Part shown: in pieces, positions 43,201 through 58,200 of the stretch
Layout: every line of letters begins with the position of its first letter
Numbering within the stretch: the first letter of the stretch is position 1
Assembly: GCA_032718475.1 (NCBI GenBank)
Contig: JAUCBJ010004138.1
Span: 1-64,000, forward strand
DNA: 64,000 nt
DNA from: Nemertoderma westbladi
Taxonomy: Eukaryota; Animalia; Xenacoelomorpha
Reading direction: 5' to 3'
The notes under the pieces: generated by a model
What the model was told of the DNA's origin: nothing
The model's database searches: none
The model's input: only the letters and a program-made list of their open reading frames with translations
Program-made: the position numbers and the translations under genes

Positions 43201-46200
43201 TACAATAATAACTGCCAGTTTATCATAGAACCACACAGATTTACAATAATAACTGCCAGTTTCTTACAGAACCACAGATTTACAATAATAACAGCCAGTT
43301 TATCATAGAACCGCAGATTTACAATAATAACTGCCAGATTATCATAGAACCGCAGATTTACAATAATAACTGCCAGATTATCATAGAACCACAGATTTAC
43401 AATAATAACTGCCAGATTATCATAGAACCGCAGATTTACAATAATAACTGCCAGATTATCATAGAATCACAGATTTACAATAATAACTGCCAGTTTATCA
43501 TAGAACCACACAGATTTACAATAATAACTGCCAGATTTCTTACAGAACCACAGATTTACAATAATAACAGCCAGTTTATCATAGAACCGCAGATTTACAA
43601 TAATAACTGCCAGATTATCATAGAACCACAGATTTACAATAATAACTGCCAGATTATCATAGAACCGCAGATTTACAATAATAACTGCCAGATTATCATA
43701 GAATCACAGATTTACAATAATAACTGCCAGATATCATAGAACCGCAGATTTACAATAGTACTGCCAGATTATCATAGAACCGCAGATTTACAATAATAAC
43801 TGCCAGTTTATCATAGAACCACAGATTTACAATAATAACTGCCAGTTTCTTACAGAACCACAGATTTACAATAATAACTGCCAGTTTATCATAGAACCGC
43901 AGATTTACAATAATAACTGCCAGATTATCATAGAACCGCAGATTTACAATAATAACTGTCAGATTATCATAGAACCACAGATTTACAATAATAACTGCCA
44001 GATTTATCATAGAACCGCAGATTTACAATAATAACTGCCAGATTATCATAGAACCGCAGATTTACAATAATAACTGTCAGATTATCATATGAACCGCAGA
44101 TTTACAATAATAACTGCCAGTTTATCATAGAACCGCAGATTTACAATAATAACTGCCAGATTATCATAGAACCGCAAATTTACAATAATAACTGCCAGTT
44201 TATCATAGAACCACACAGATTTACAATAATAACTGCCAGTTTCTTACAGAACCACAGATTTACAATAATAACAGCCAGTTTATCATAGAACCGCAGATTT
44301 ACAATAATAACTGCCAGATTATCATAGAACCGCAGATTTACAATAATAACTGCCAGTTTATCATAGAACCGCAGATTTACAATAATAACTGCCAGATTAT
44401 CATAGAACCGCAAATTTACAATAATAACTGCCAGTTTATCATAGAACCACACAGATTTACAATAATAACTGCCAGTTTCTTACAGAACCACAGATTTACA
44501 ATAATAACAGCCAGTTTATCATAGAACCACAGATTTACAATAATAACTGCCAGATTATCATAGAACCGCAGATTTACAATAATAACTGCCAGATTATCAT
44601 AGAATCACAGATTTACAATAATAACTGCCAGTTTATCATAGAACCACACAGATTTACAATAATAACTGCCAGTTTCTTACAGAACCACAGATTTACAATA
44701 ATAACTGCCAGATTATCATAGAACCGCAGATTTACAATAATAACTGCCAGATTATCATAGAACCGCAGATTTACAATAATAACTGCCAGATTATCATAGA
44801 ACCGCAGATTTACAATAATAACTGCCAGATTTATCATAGAACCGCAGATTTACAATAATAACTGCCAGATTATCATAGAACCGCAGATTTACAATAATAA
44901 CTGCCAGATTATCATAGAACCGCAGATTTACAATAATAACTGCTAGATTATCATAGAACCGCAGATTTACCATAATAACTGCCAGATTATCATAGAACCG
45001 CAGATTTACAATAATAACTGCCAGATTATCATAGAACCACAGATTTACAATAGTACTGCCAGATTATCATAGAACCGCAGATTTACAATAATAACTGCCA
45101 GTTTATCATAGAACCACAGAATTACAATAATAACTGCCAGTTTCTTACAGAACCACAGATTTACAATAATAACTGCCAGTTTATCATAGAACCGCAGATT
45201 TACAATAATAACTGCCAGATTATCATAGAACCGCAGATTTACAATAATAACTGTCAGATTATCATAGAACCGCAGATTTACAATAATAACTGCCAGTTTA
45301 TCATAGGACCACAGATTTACAATAATAACTGCCAGATTATCATAGAACCGCAGATTTACAATAATAACTGCCAGATTATCATAGAACCGCAGATTTACAA
45401 TAATAACTGCCAATTTATCATAGAACCGCAGATTTACAATAATAACTGCCAGATTATCATAGAACCGCAGATTTACAATAATAACTGCCAGATTATCATT
45501 GAGCCACATATTTACAATAATAACTGCCAGTTTATCACAGAACCACAGATTTACAATAATAACTGCCATATTATCATAGAACCTCAGATTTACAATAATA
45601 ACTGCCAGTTTCTTACAGAACCACAGATTTACAATAATAACTGCCAGTTTATCATAGAACCGCAGATTTACAATAATAACTGCCAGATTATCATAGAACC
45701 GCAGATTTACAATAATAACTGTCAGATTATCATAGAACCGCAGATTTACAATAATAACTGCCAGTTTATCATAGAACCGCAGATTTACAATAATAACTGC
45801 CAGATTATCATAGAACCGCAAATTTACAATAATAACTGCCAGTTTATCATAGAACCACACAGATTTACAATAATAACTGCCAGTTTCTTACAGAACCACA
45901 GATTTACAATAATAACAGCCAGTTTATCATAGAACCGCAGATTTACAATAATAACTGCCAGATTATCATAGAACCGCAGATTTACAATAATAACTGCCAG
46001 ATTATCATAGAACCACAGATTTACAATAATAACTGCCAGATTATCATAGAACCGCAGATTTACAATAATAACTGCCAGATTATCATAGAATCACAGATTT
46101 ACAATAATAACTGCCAGTTTATCATAGAACCACACAGATTTACAATAATAACTGCCAGTTTCTTACAGAACCACAGATTTACAATAATAACAGCCAGTTT

Positions 46201-49200
46201 ATCATAGAACCGCAGATTTACAATAATAACTGCCAGATTATCATAGAACCACAGATTTACAATAATAACTGCCAGATTATCATAGAACCGCAGATTTACA
46301 ATAATAACTGCCAGATTATCATAGAATCACAGATTTACAATAATAACTGCCAGATATCATAGAACCGCAGATTTACAATAGTACTGCGAGATTATCATAG
46401 AACCGCAGATTTACAATAATAACTGCCAGTTTATCATAGAACCACAGATTTACAATAATAACTGCCAGTTTCTTACAGAACCACAGATTTACAATAATAA
46501 CTGCCAGTTTATCATAGAACCGCAGATTTACAATAATAACTGCCAGATTATCATAGAACCGCAGATTTACAATAATAACTGTCAGATTATCATAGAACCA
46601 CAGATTTACAATAATAACTGCCAGATTATCATAGAACCGCAGATTTACAATAATAACTGTCAGATTATCATATAACCGCAGATTTACAATAATAACTGCC
46701 AGTTTATCATAGAACCGCAGATTTACAATAATAACTGCCAGATTATCATAGAACCGCAAATTTACAATAATAACTGCCAGTTTATCATAGAACCACACAG
46801 ATTTACAATAATAACTGCCAGTTTCTTACAGAATCACAGATTTACAATAATAACAGCCAGTTTATCATAGAACCGCAGATTTACAATAATAACTGCCAGA
46901 TTATCATAGAACCGCAGATTTACAATAATAACTGCCAGATTATCATAGAACCGCAGATTTACAATAATAACTGCCAATTTACCATAGAACCGCAGATTTA
47001 CAATAATAACTGCCAGATTATCATACAACCGCAGATTTACAATAATAACTGCCAGATTATCATAGAACCGCAGATTTACAATAATAACTGCCAGATTATC
47101 ATAGAACCGCAGATTTACAATAATAACTGCCAGATTATCATAGAACCACAGATTTACAATAATAACTGCCAGATTATCATAGAACCGCAGATTTACAATA
47201 ATAACTGCTAGATTATCATAGAACCGCAGATTTACCATAATAACTGCCAGATTATCATAGAACCGCAGATTTACAATAATAACTGCCAGATTATCATAGA
47301 ACCACAGATTTACAATAGTACTGCCAGATTATCATAGAACCGCAGATTTACAATAATAACTGCCAGTTTATCATAGAACCACAGAATTACAATAATAACT
47401 GCCAGTTTCTTACAGAACCACAGATTTACAATAATAACTGCCAGATTATCAAAGAACCGCAGATTTACAATAATAACTGCCAGATTATCATAGAATCACA
47501 GATTTACAATAATAACTGCCAGATATCATAGAACCGCAGATTTACAATAGTACTGCCAGATTATCATAGAACCGCAGATTTACAATAATAACTGCCAGTT
47601 TATCATAGAACCACAGATTTACAATAATAACTGCCAGTTTCTTACAGAACCACAGATTTACAATAATAACTGCCAGTTTATCATATAACCGCAGATTTAC
47701 AATAATAACTGCCAGATTATCATAGAACCGCAGATTTACAATAATAACTGTCAGATTATCATATAACCGCAGATTTACAATAATAACTGCCAGTTTATCA
47801 TAGAACCGCAGATTTACAATAATAACTGCCAGATTATCATAGAACCGCAAATTTACAATAATAACTGCCAGTTTATCATAGAACCACACAGATTTACAAT
47901 AATAACTGCCAGTTTCTTACAGAACAACAGATTTACAATAATAACAGCCAGTTTATCATAGAACCGCAGATTTACAATAATAACTGCCAGATTATCATAG
48001 AACCGCAGATTTACAATAATAACTGCCAGATTATCATAGAACCGCAGATTTACAATAATAACTGCCAGTTTCTTACAGAACCACAGATTTACAATAATAA
48101 CTGCCAGATTATCATACAACCGCAGATTTACAATAATAACTGCCAGATTATCATAGAACCGCAGATTTACAATAATAACTGCCAGATTATCATAGAACCA
48201 CAGATTTACAATAATAACTGCCAGATTATCATAGAACCGCAGATTTACAATAATAACTGCTAGATTATCATAGAACCGCAGATTTACCATAATAACTGCC
48301 AGATTATCATAGAACCGCAGATTTACAATAATAACTGCCAGATTATCATAGAACCGCAGATTTACAATAGTACTGCCAGATTATCATAGAATCGCAGATT
48401 TACAATAATAACTGCCAGTTTATCATAGAACCACAGAATTACAATAATAACTGCCAGTTTCTTACAGAACCACAGATTTACAATAATAACTGCCAGTTTA
48501 TCATAGAAACGCAGATTTACAATAATAACTGCCAGATTATCATAGAACCGCAGATTTACAATAATAACTCTCAGATTATCATAGAACCGCAGATTTACAA
48601 TAATAACTGCCAGTTTATCATAGAACCGCAGATTTACAATAATAACTGCCAGTTTATCATAGAACCACACAGATTTACAATAATAACTGCCAGATTATCA
48701 TAGAACCGCAGATTTACAATAATAACTGCCAATTTATCATAGAACCGCAGATTTACAATAATAACTGCCAGATTATCATAGAACTGCAGATTTACAATAA
48801 TAACTGCCAGATTATCATTGAGCCACATATTTACAATAATAACTGCCAGTTTATCACAGAACCACAGATTTACAATAATAACTGCCATATTATCATAGAA
48901 CCTCAGATTTACAATAATAACTGCCAGTTTCTTACAGAACCACAGATTTACAATAATAACTGCCAGTTTATCATAGAACCAAAGATTTACAATAATAACT
49001 GCCAGATTATCATAGAACCACAGATTTACAATAATAACTGCCAGATTATCATAGAACCACAGGGTCACAATAATAACTGCCAGTTTATCATAGAACCGCA
49101 GATTTACAATAATAACTGCCAGTTTATCATAGAACCGCAGATTGACAATAATAACTGCCAGATTATCATAGAATCGCAGATTTACAATAATAACTGCCAG

Positions 49201-52200
49201 ATTATCATAGAACCACAGATTTACAATAATAACTGCCAGTTTATCATAGAACCACACAGATTTACCATAATAACTGCCAGTTTCTTACAGAACCACAGAT
49301 TTACAATAATAACTGCCAGTTTATCATAGAACTGCAGATTTACAATAATAACTGCCAGTTTCTTACAGAACCACAGATTTACAATAATAACTGCCAGTTT
49401 ATCATAGGACCACAAATTTACAATAATAACTGCCAGTTTATCATAGAACCACACAGATTTACCATAATAACTGCCAGTTTCTTACAGAACCACAGATTTA
49501 CAATAATAACTGCCAGTTTATCATAGAACTGCAGATTTACAATAATAACTGCCAGTTTCTTACAGAACCACAGATTTACAATAATAACTGCCAGTTTATC
49601 ATAGGACCACAGATTTACAATAGTAACTACCAGTTTCTTACAGAACCGCAGATTTACAATAATAACTGCCAGATTATCATAGAACCGCAGATTTACAATA
49701 ATAACTGCCAATTTATCATAGAACCGCAGATTTACAATAATAGCTGCCAGTTTATCACAGAACCACAGATTTACAATAATAACTGCCAGATTATCATAGA
49801 ACCGCAGATTTACAATAATAACTGGCAGATTATCATAGAACCGCAGATTTACAATAATAACTGCCAGATTATCATAGAACCGCAGATTTACAATAATAAC
49901 TGCCAGATTATCATAGAACCACAGATTTACAATAATAACTGCCAGTTTATCATAGAACCACAGATTTACAATAATAACTGCCAGTTTATCATAGAAACAC
50001 AGATTTACACTAGTAACTGCCAGTTTCTTACAGAACCACAGATTTACAATAATAACTGCCAGATTATCATAGAACCGCAGATTTACAATAATAACTGCCA
50101 GATTATCATAGAACCACAGATTTACAATAATAACTGCCAGTTTATCATAGAACCACAGATTTACAATAAAAAACTGCCAGTTTATCATAGAACCACAGAT
50201 TTACAATAATAACTGCCAGTTTATCAAACCGCAGATTTACAATAATAACTGCCAGTTTATCATAGAACCATTTACAATAATAACTGCCAGTTTATCATAG
50301 AACCGCAGATTTACAATAATAACTGCCAGTTTATCATAGAACCACAGATTTACAATAATAACTGTCAGTTTATCATAGAAGCACAGATTTACAATAATAA
50401 CTGCCAGATTATCATAGAACCGCAGATATACAATAATAACTGCCAGTTTCTTACAGAACCACAGATTTACAATAGTAACTGCCAGTTTCTTACAGAACCA
50501 CAGATTTACAATAATTATCACAGATTTACAATAATAACTGCCAGTTTATCATAGAACCACAGATTTACAATAATAACTGCCAGTTTATCATAGAACCACA
50601 GATTTACAATAATAACTGCCAGTTTATCAAACCGCAGATTTACAATAATAACTGCCAGTTTATCATAGAACCACAGATTTACAATAATAACTGCCAGTTT
50701 ATCATAGAACCGCAGATTTACAATAATAACTGCCAGTTTATCATAGAACCACAGATTTACAATAATAACTGTCAGTTTATCATAGAATCACAGATTTACA
50801 ATAATAACTGCAGTTTATCATAGAACCGCAGATTTACAATAATAACTGCCAGTTTATCATAGAACCGCAGATTTACAATAATAACTGTCAGTTTATCAAA
50901 CCGCAGATTTACAATAATAACTGCCAGTTTATCATAGAACCACAGATTTACAATAATAACTGCCAGTTTATCATAGAACCGCAGAGTTACAATAATAACT
51001 GCCAGTTTATCATAGAACCACAGATTTACAATAATAACTGTCAGTTTATCATAGGACCACAGATTTACAATAATAACTGCCAGATTATCATAGAACCGCA
51101 GATTTACAAAAATAACTGCCAGATTATCATAGAATCACAGATTTACAATAATAACTGCCAGTTTATCATAGAACCACACAGATTTACAATAATAACTGCC
51201 AGTTTCTTACAGAACCACAGATTTACAATAATAACAGCCAGTTTATCATAGAACCGCAGATTTACAATAATAACTGCCAGATTATCATAGAACCACAGAT
51301 TTACAATAATAACTGCCAGATTATCATAGAACCGCAGATTTACAATAATAACTGCCAGATTATCATAGAATCACAGATTTACAATAATAACTGCCAGATA
51401 TCATAGAACCGCAGATTTACAATAGTACTGCCAGATTATCATAGAACCGCAGATTTACAATAATAACTGCCAGTTTATCATAGAACCACAGATTTACAAT
51501 AATAACTGCCAGTTTCTTACAGAACCACAGATTTACAATAATAACTGCCAGTTTATCATAGAACCGCAGATTTACAATAATAACTGCCAGATTATCATAG
51601 AACCGCAGATTTACAATAATAACTGTCAGATTATCATAGAACCACAGATTTACAATAATAACTGCCAGTTTATCATAGAACCGCAGATTTACAATAATAA
51701 CTGCCAGATTATCATAGAACCGCAGATTTACAATAATAACTGTCAGATTATCATAGAACCGCAGATTTACAATAATAACTGCCAGTTTATCATAGAACCG
51801 CAGATTTACAATAATAACTGCCAGATTATCATAGAACCGCAAATTTACAATAATAACTGCCAGTTTATCATAGAACCACACAGATTTACAATAATAACTG
51901 CCAGTTTCTTACAGAACCACAGATTTACAATAATAACAGCCAGTTTATCATAGAACCGCAGATTTACAATAATAACTGCCAGATTATCATAGAACCGCAG
52001 ATTTACAATAATAACCGCCAGATTATCATAGAACCACAGATTTACAATAATAACTGCCAGATTATCATAGAACCGCAGATTTACAATAATAACTGCCAGA
52101 TTATCATAGAATCACAGATTTACAATAATAACTGCCAGTTTATCATAGAACCACACAGATTTACAATAATAACTGCCAGTTTCTTACAGAACCACAGATT

Positions 52201-55200
52201 TACAATAATAACAGCCAGTTTATCATAGAACCGCAGATTTACAATAATAACTGCCAGATTATCATAGAACCACAGATTTACAATAATAACTGCCAGATTA
52301 TCATAGAACCGCAGATTTACAATAATAACTGCCAGATTATCATAGAATCACAGATTTACAATAATAACTGCCAGATATCATAGAACCGCAGATTTACAAT
52401 AGTACTGCCAGATTATCATAGAACCGCAGATTTACAATAATAACTGCCAGTTTATCATAGAACCACAGATTTACAATAATAACTGCCAGTTTCTTACAGA
52501 ACCACAGATTTACAATAATAACTGCCAGTTTATCATAGAACCGCAGATTTACAATAATAACTGCCAGATTATCATAGAACCGCAGATTTACAATAATAAC
52601 TGTCAGATTATCATAGAACCACAGATTTACAATAATAACTGCCAGATTATCATAGAACCGCAGATTTACAATAATAACTGCCAGATTATCATAGAACCGC
52701 AGATTTACAATAATAACTGTCAGATTATCATATAACCGCAGATTTACAATAATAACTGCCAGTTTATCATAGAACCGCAGATTTACAATAATAACTGCCA
52801 GATTATCATAGAACCGCAAATTTACAATAATAACTGCCAGTTTATCATAGAACCACACAGATTTACAATAATAACTGCCAGTTTCTTACAGAACCACAGA
52901 TTTACAATAATAACAGCCAGTTTATCATAGAACCGCAGATTTACAATAATAACTGCCAGATTATCATAGAACCGCAGATTTACAATAATAACTGCCAGAT
53001 TATCATAGAACCGCAGATTTACAATAATAACTGCCAGATTATCATAGAACCGCAAATTTACAATAATAACTGCCAGTTTATCATAGAACCACACAGATTT
53101 ACAATAATAACTGCCAGTTTCTTACAGAACCACAGATTTACAATAATAACTGCCAGTTTATCATAGAACCACAGATTTACAATAATAACTGCCAGATTAT
53201 CATAGAACCGCAGATTTACAATAATAACTGCCAGATTATCATAGAATCACAGATTTACAATAATAACTGCCAGTTTATCATAGAACCCACAGATTTACAA
53301 TAATAACTGCCAGTTTCTTACAGAACCACAGATTTACAATAATAACTGCCAGATTATCATAGAACCGCAGATTTACAATAATAACTGCCAGATTATCATA
53401 GAACCGCAGATTTACAATAATAACTGCCAGATTATCATAGAACCGCAGATTTACAATAATAACTGCCAGATTTATCATAGAACCGCAGATTTACAATAAT
53501 AACTGCCAGATTATCATAGAACCGCAGATTTACAATAATAACTGCCAGATTATCATAGAACCGCAGATTTACAATAATAACTGCTCAGATTATCATAGAA
53601 CCGCAGATTTACAATAATAACTGCCAGATTATCATAGAACCGCAGATTTACAATAATAACTGCCAGATTATCATAGAACCACAGATTTACAATAGTAACT
53701 GCCAGATTATCATAGAACCGCAGATTTACAATAATAACTGCCAGTTTATCATAGAACCACAGATTTACAATAATAACTGCCAGTTTCTTACAGAACCACA
53801 GATTTACAATAATAACTGCCAGTTTATCATAGAACCGCAGATTTACAATAATAACTGCCAGATTATCATAGAACCGCAGATTTACAATAATAACTGTCAG
53901 ATTATCATAGAACCGCAGATTTACAATAATAACTGCCAGTTTATCATAGAACCGCAGATTTACAATAATAACTGCCAGATTATCATAGAACCGCAGATTT
54001 ACAATAATAACTGCCAGATTATCATAGAACCGCAGATTTACAATAATAACTGCCAGATTTATCATAGAACCGCAGATTTACAATAATAACTGCCAGATTA
54101 TCATAGAACCGCAGATTTACAATAATAACTGCCAGATTATCATTGAGCCACAGATTTACAATAATAACTGCCAGTTTATCACAGAACCACAGATTTACAA
54201 TAATAACTGCCAGATTATCATAGAACCGCAGATTTACAATAATAACTGCCAGTTTCTTACAGAACCACAGATTTACAATAATAACTGCCAGTTTATCATA
54301 GAACCGCAGATTTACAATAATAACTGCCAGATTATCATAGAACCGCAGATTTACAATAATAACTGTCAGATTATCATAGAACCGCAGATTTACAATAATA
54401 ACTGCCAGTTTATCATAGAACCGCAGATTTACAATAATAACTGCCAGATTATCATAGAACCGCAGATTTACAATAATAACTGCCAGTTTATCATAGAACC
54501 ACAGATTTACAATAATAACTGCCAGTTTCTTACAGAACCACAGATTTACAATAATAACAGCCAGTTTATCATAGAACCGCAGATTTACAATAATAACTGC
54601 CAGATTATCATAGAACCGCAGATTTACAATAATAACTGCCAGATTATCATAGAACCACAGATTTACAATAATAACTGCCAGATTATCATAGAACCGCAGA
54701 TTTACAATAATAACTGCCAGATTATCATAGAACCACAGATTTACAATAATAACTGCCAGTTTATCATAGAACCCACAGATTTACAATAATAACTGCCAGT
54801 TTCTTACAGAACCACAGATTTACAATAATAACTGCCAGTTTATCATAGAACCGCAGATTTACAATAATAACTGCCAGATTATCATAGAACCACAGATTTA
54901 CAATAATAACTGCCAGATTATCATAGAACCGCAGATTTACAATAATAACTGCCAGATTATCATAGAACCGCAGATTTACAATAATAACTGCCAGATTATC
55001 ATAGAACCGCAGATTTACAATAGTAACTGCCAGATTATCATAGAACCGCAGATTTACAATAATAACTGCCAGTTTATCATAGAACCACAGATTTACAATA
55101 ATAACTGCCAGTTTCTTACAGAACCACAGATTTACAATAATAACTGCCAGTTTATCATAGAACCGCAGATTTACAATAATAACTGCCAGATTATCATAGA

Positions 55201-58200
55201 ACCGCAGATTTACAATAATAACTGTCAGATTATCATAGAACCACAGATTTACAATAATAACTGCCAGATTATCATAGAACCGCAGATTTACAATAATAAC
55301 TGTCAGATTATCATAGAACCGCAGATTTACAATAATAACTGCCAGTTTATCATAGAACCGCAGATTTACAATAATAACTGCCAGATTATCATAGAACCGC
55401 AGATTTACAATAATAACTGCCAGTTTATCATAGAACCACACAGATTTACAATAATAACTGCCAGTTTCTTACAGAATCACAGATTTACAATAATAACAGC
55501 CAGTTTATCATAGAACCGCAGATTTACAATAATAACTGCCAGATTATCATAGAACCGCAGATTTACAATAATAACTGCCAGATTATCATAGAACCGCAGA
55601 TTTACAATAATAACTGCCAGATTTATCATAGAACCGCAGATTTACAATAATAACTGCCAGATTATCATAGAACCGCAGATTTACAATAATAACTGCCAGA
55701 TTATCATAGAACCGCAGATTTACAATAATAACTGCCAGATTATCATAGAACCGCAGATTTACAATAATAACTGCCAGATTATCATAGAACCACAGATTTA
55801 CAATAATAACTGCCAGATTATCATAGAACCGCAGATTTACAATAATAACTGCCAGATTATCATAGAACCGCAGATTTACAATAATAACTGCCAGATTATC
55901 ATAGAACCGCAGATTTACAATAATAACTGCCAGATTATCATAGAACCACAGATTTACAATAGTAACTGCCAGATTATCATAGAACCGCAGATTTACAATA
56001 ATAACTGCCAGTTTATCATAGAACCACAGAATTACAATAATAACTGCCAGTTTCTTACAGAACCACAGATTTACAATAATAACTGCCAGATTATCATAGA
56101 ACCGCAGATTTACAATAATAACTGCCAGATTATCATAGAACCACAGATTTACAATAATAACTGCCAGATATCATAGAACCGCAGATTTACAATAGTACTG
56201 CCAGATTATCATAGAACCGCAGATTTACAATAATAACTGCCAGTTTATCATAGAACCACAGATTTACAATAATAACTGCCAGTTTCTTACAGAACCACAG
56301 ATTTACAATAATAACTGCCAGTTTATCATAGAACCGCAGATTTACAATAATAACTGCCAGATTATCATAGAACCGCAGATTTACAATAATAACTGTCAGA
56401 TTATCATAGAACCGCAGATTTACAATAATAACTGCCAGTTTATCATAGAACCGCAGATTTACAATAATAACTGCCAGATTATCATAGAACCGCAAATTTA
56501 CAATAATAACTGCCAGTTTATCATAGAACCACACAGATTTACAATAATAACTGCCAGTTTCTTACAGAACAACAGATTTACAATAATAACAGCCAGTTTA
56601 TCATAGAACCGCAGATTTACAATAATAACTGCCAGATTATCATAGAACCGCAGATTTACAATAATAACTGCCAGATTATCATAGAACCGCAGATTTACAA
56701 TAATAACTGCCAGTTTCTTACAGAACCACAGATTTACAATAATAACAGCCAGTTTATCATAGAACCGCAGATTTACAATAATAACTGCCAGATTATCATA
56801 GAACCGCAGATTTACAATAATAACTGCCAGATTATCATAGAACCACAGATTTACAATAATAACTGCCAGATTATCATAGAACCGCAGATTTACAATAATA
56901 ACTGCCAGATTATCATAGAATCACAGATTTACAATAATAACTGCCAGTTTATCATAGAACCACACAGATTTACAATAATAACTGCCAGTTTCTTACAGAA
57001 CCACAGATTTACAATAATAACAGCCAGTTTATCATAGAACCGCAGATTTACAATAATAACTGCCAGATTATCATAGAACCACAGATTTACAATAATAACT
57101 GCCAGATTATCATAGAACCGCAGATTTACAATAATAACTGCCAGATTATCATAGAATCACAGATTTACAATAATAACTGCCAGATATCATAGAACCGCAG
57201 ATTTACAATAGTACTGCGAGATTATCATAGAACCGCAGATTTACAATAATAACTGCCAGTTTATCATAGAACCACAGATTTACAATAATAACTGCCAGTT
57301 TCTTACAGAACCACAGATTTACAATAATAACTGCCAGTTTATCATAGAACCGCAGATTTACAATAATAACTGCCAGATTATCATAGAACCGCAGATTTAC
57401 AATAATAACTGTCAGATTATCATAGAACCACAGATTTACAATAATAACTGCCAGATTATCATAGAACCGCAGATTTACAATAATAACTGTCAGATTATCA
57501 TATAACCGCAGATTTACAATAATAACTGCCAGTTTATCATAGAACCGCAGATTTACAATAATAACTGCCAGATTATCATAGAACCGCAAATTTACAATAA
57601 TAACTGCCAGTTTATCATAGAACCACACAGATTTACAATAATAACTGCCAGTTTCTTACAGAATCACAGATTTACAATAATAACAGCCAGTTTATCATAG
57701 AACCGCAGATTTACAATAATAACTGCCAGATTATCATAGAACCGCAGATTTACAATAATAACTGCCAGATTATCATAGAACCGCAGATTTACAATAATAA
57801 CTGCCAATTTACCATAGAACCGCAGATTTACAATAATAACTGCCAGATTATCATACAACCGCAGATTTACAATAATAACTGCCAGATTATCATAGAACCG
57901 CAGATTTACAATAATAACTGCCAGATTATCATAGAACCGCAGATTTACAATAATAACTGCCAGATTATCATAGAACCACAGATTTACAATAATAACTGCC
58001 AGATTATCATAGAACCGCAGATTTACAATAATAACTGCTAGATTATCATAGAACCGCAGATTTACCATAATAACTGCCAGATTATCATAGAACCGCAGAT
58101 TTACAATAATAACTGCCAGATTATCATAGAACCACAGATTTACAATAGTACTGCCAGATTATCATAGAACCGCAGATTTACAATAATAACTGCCAGTTTA

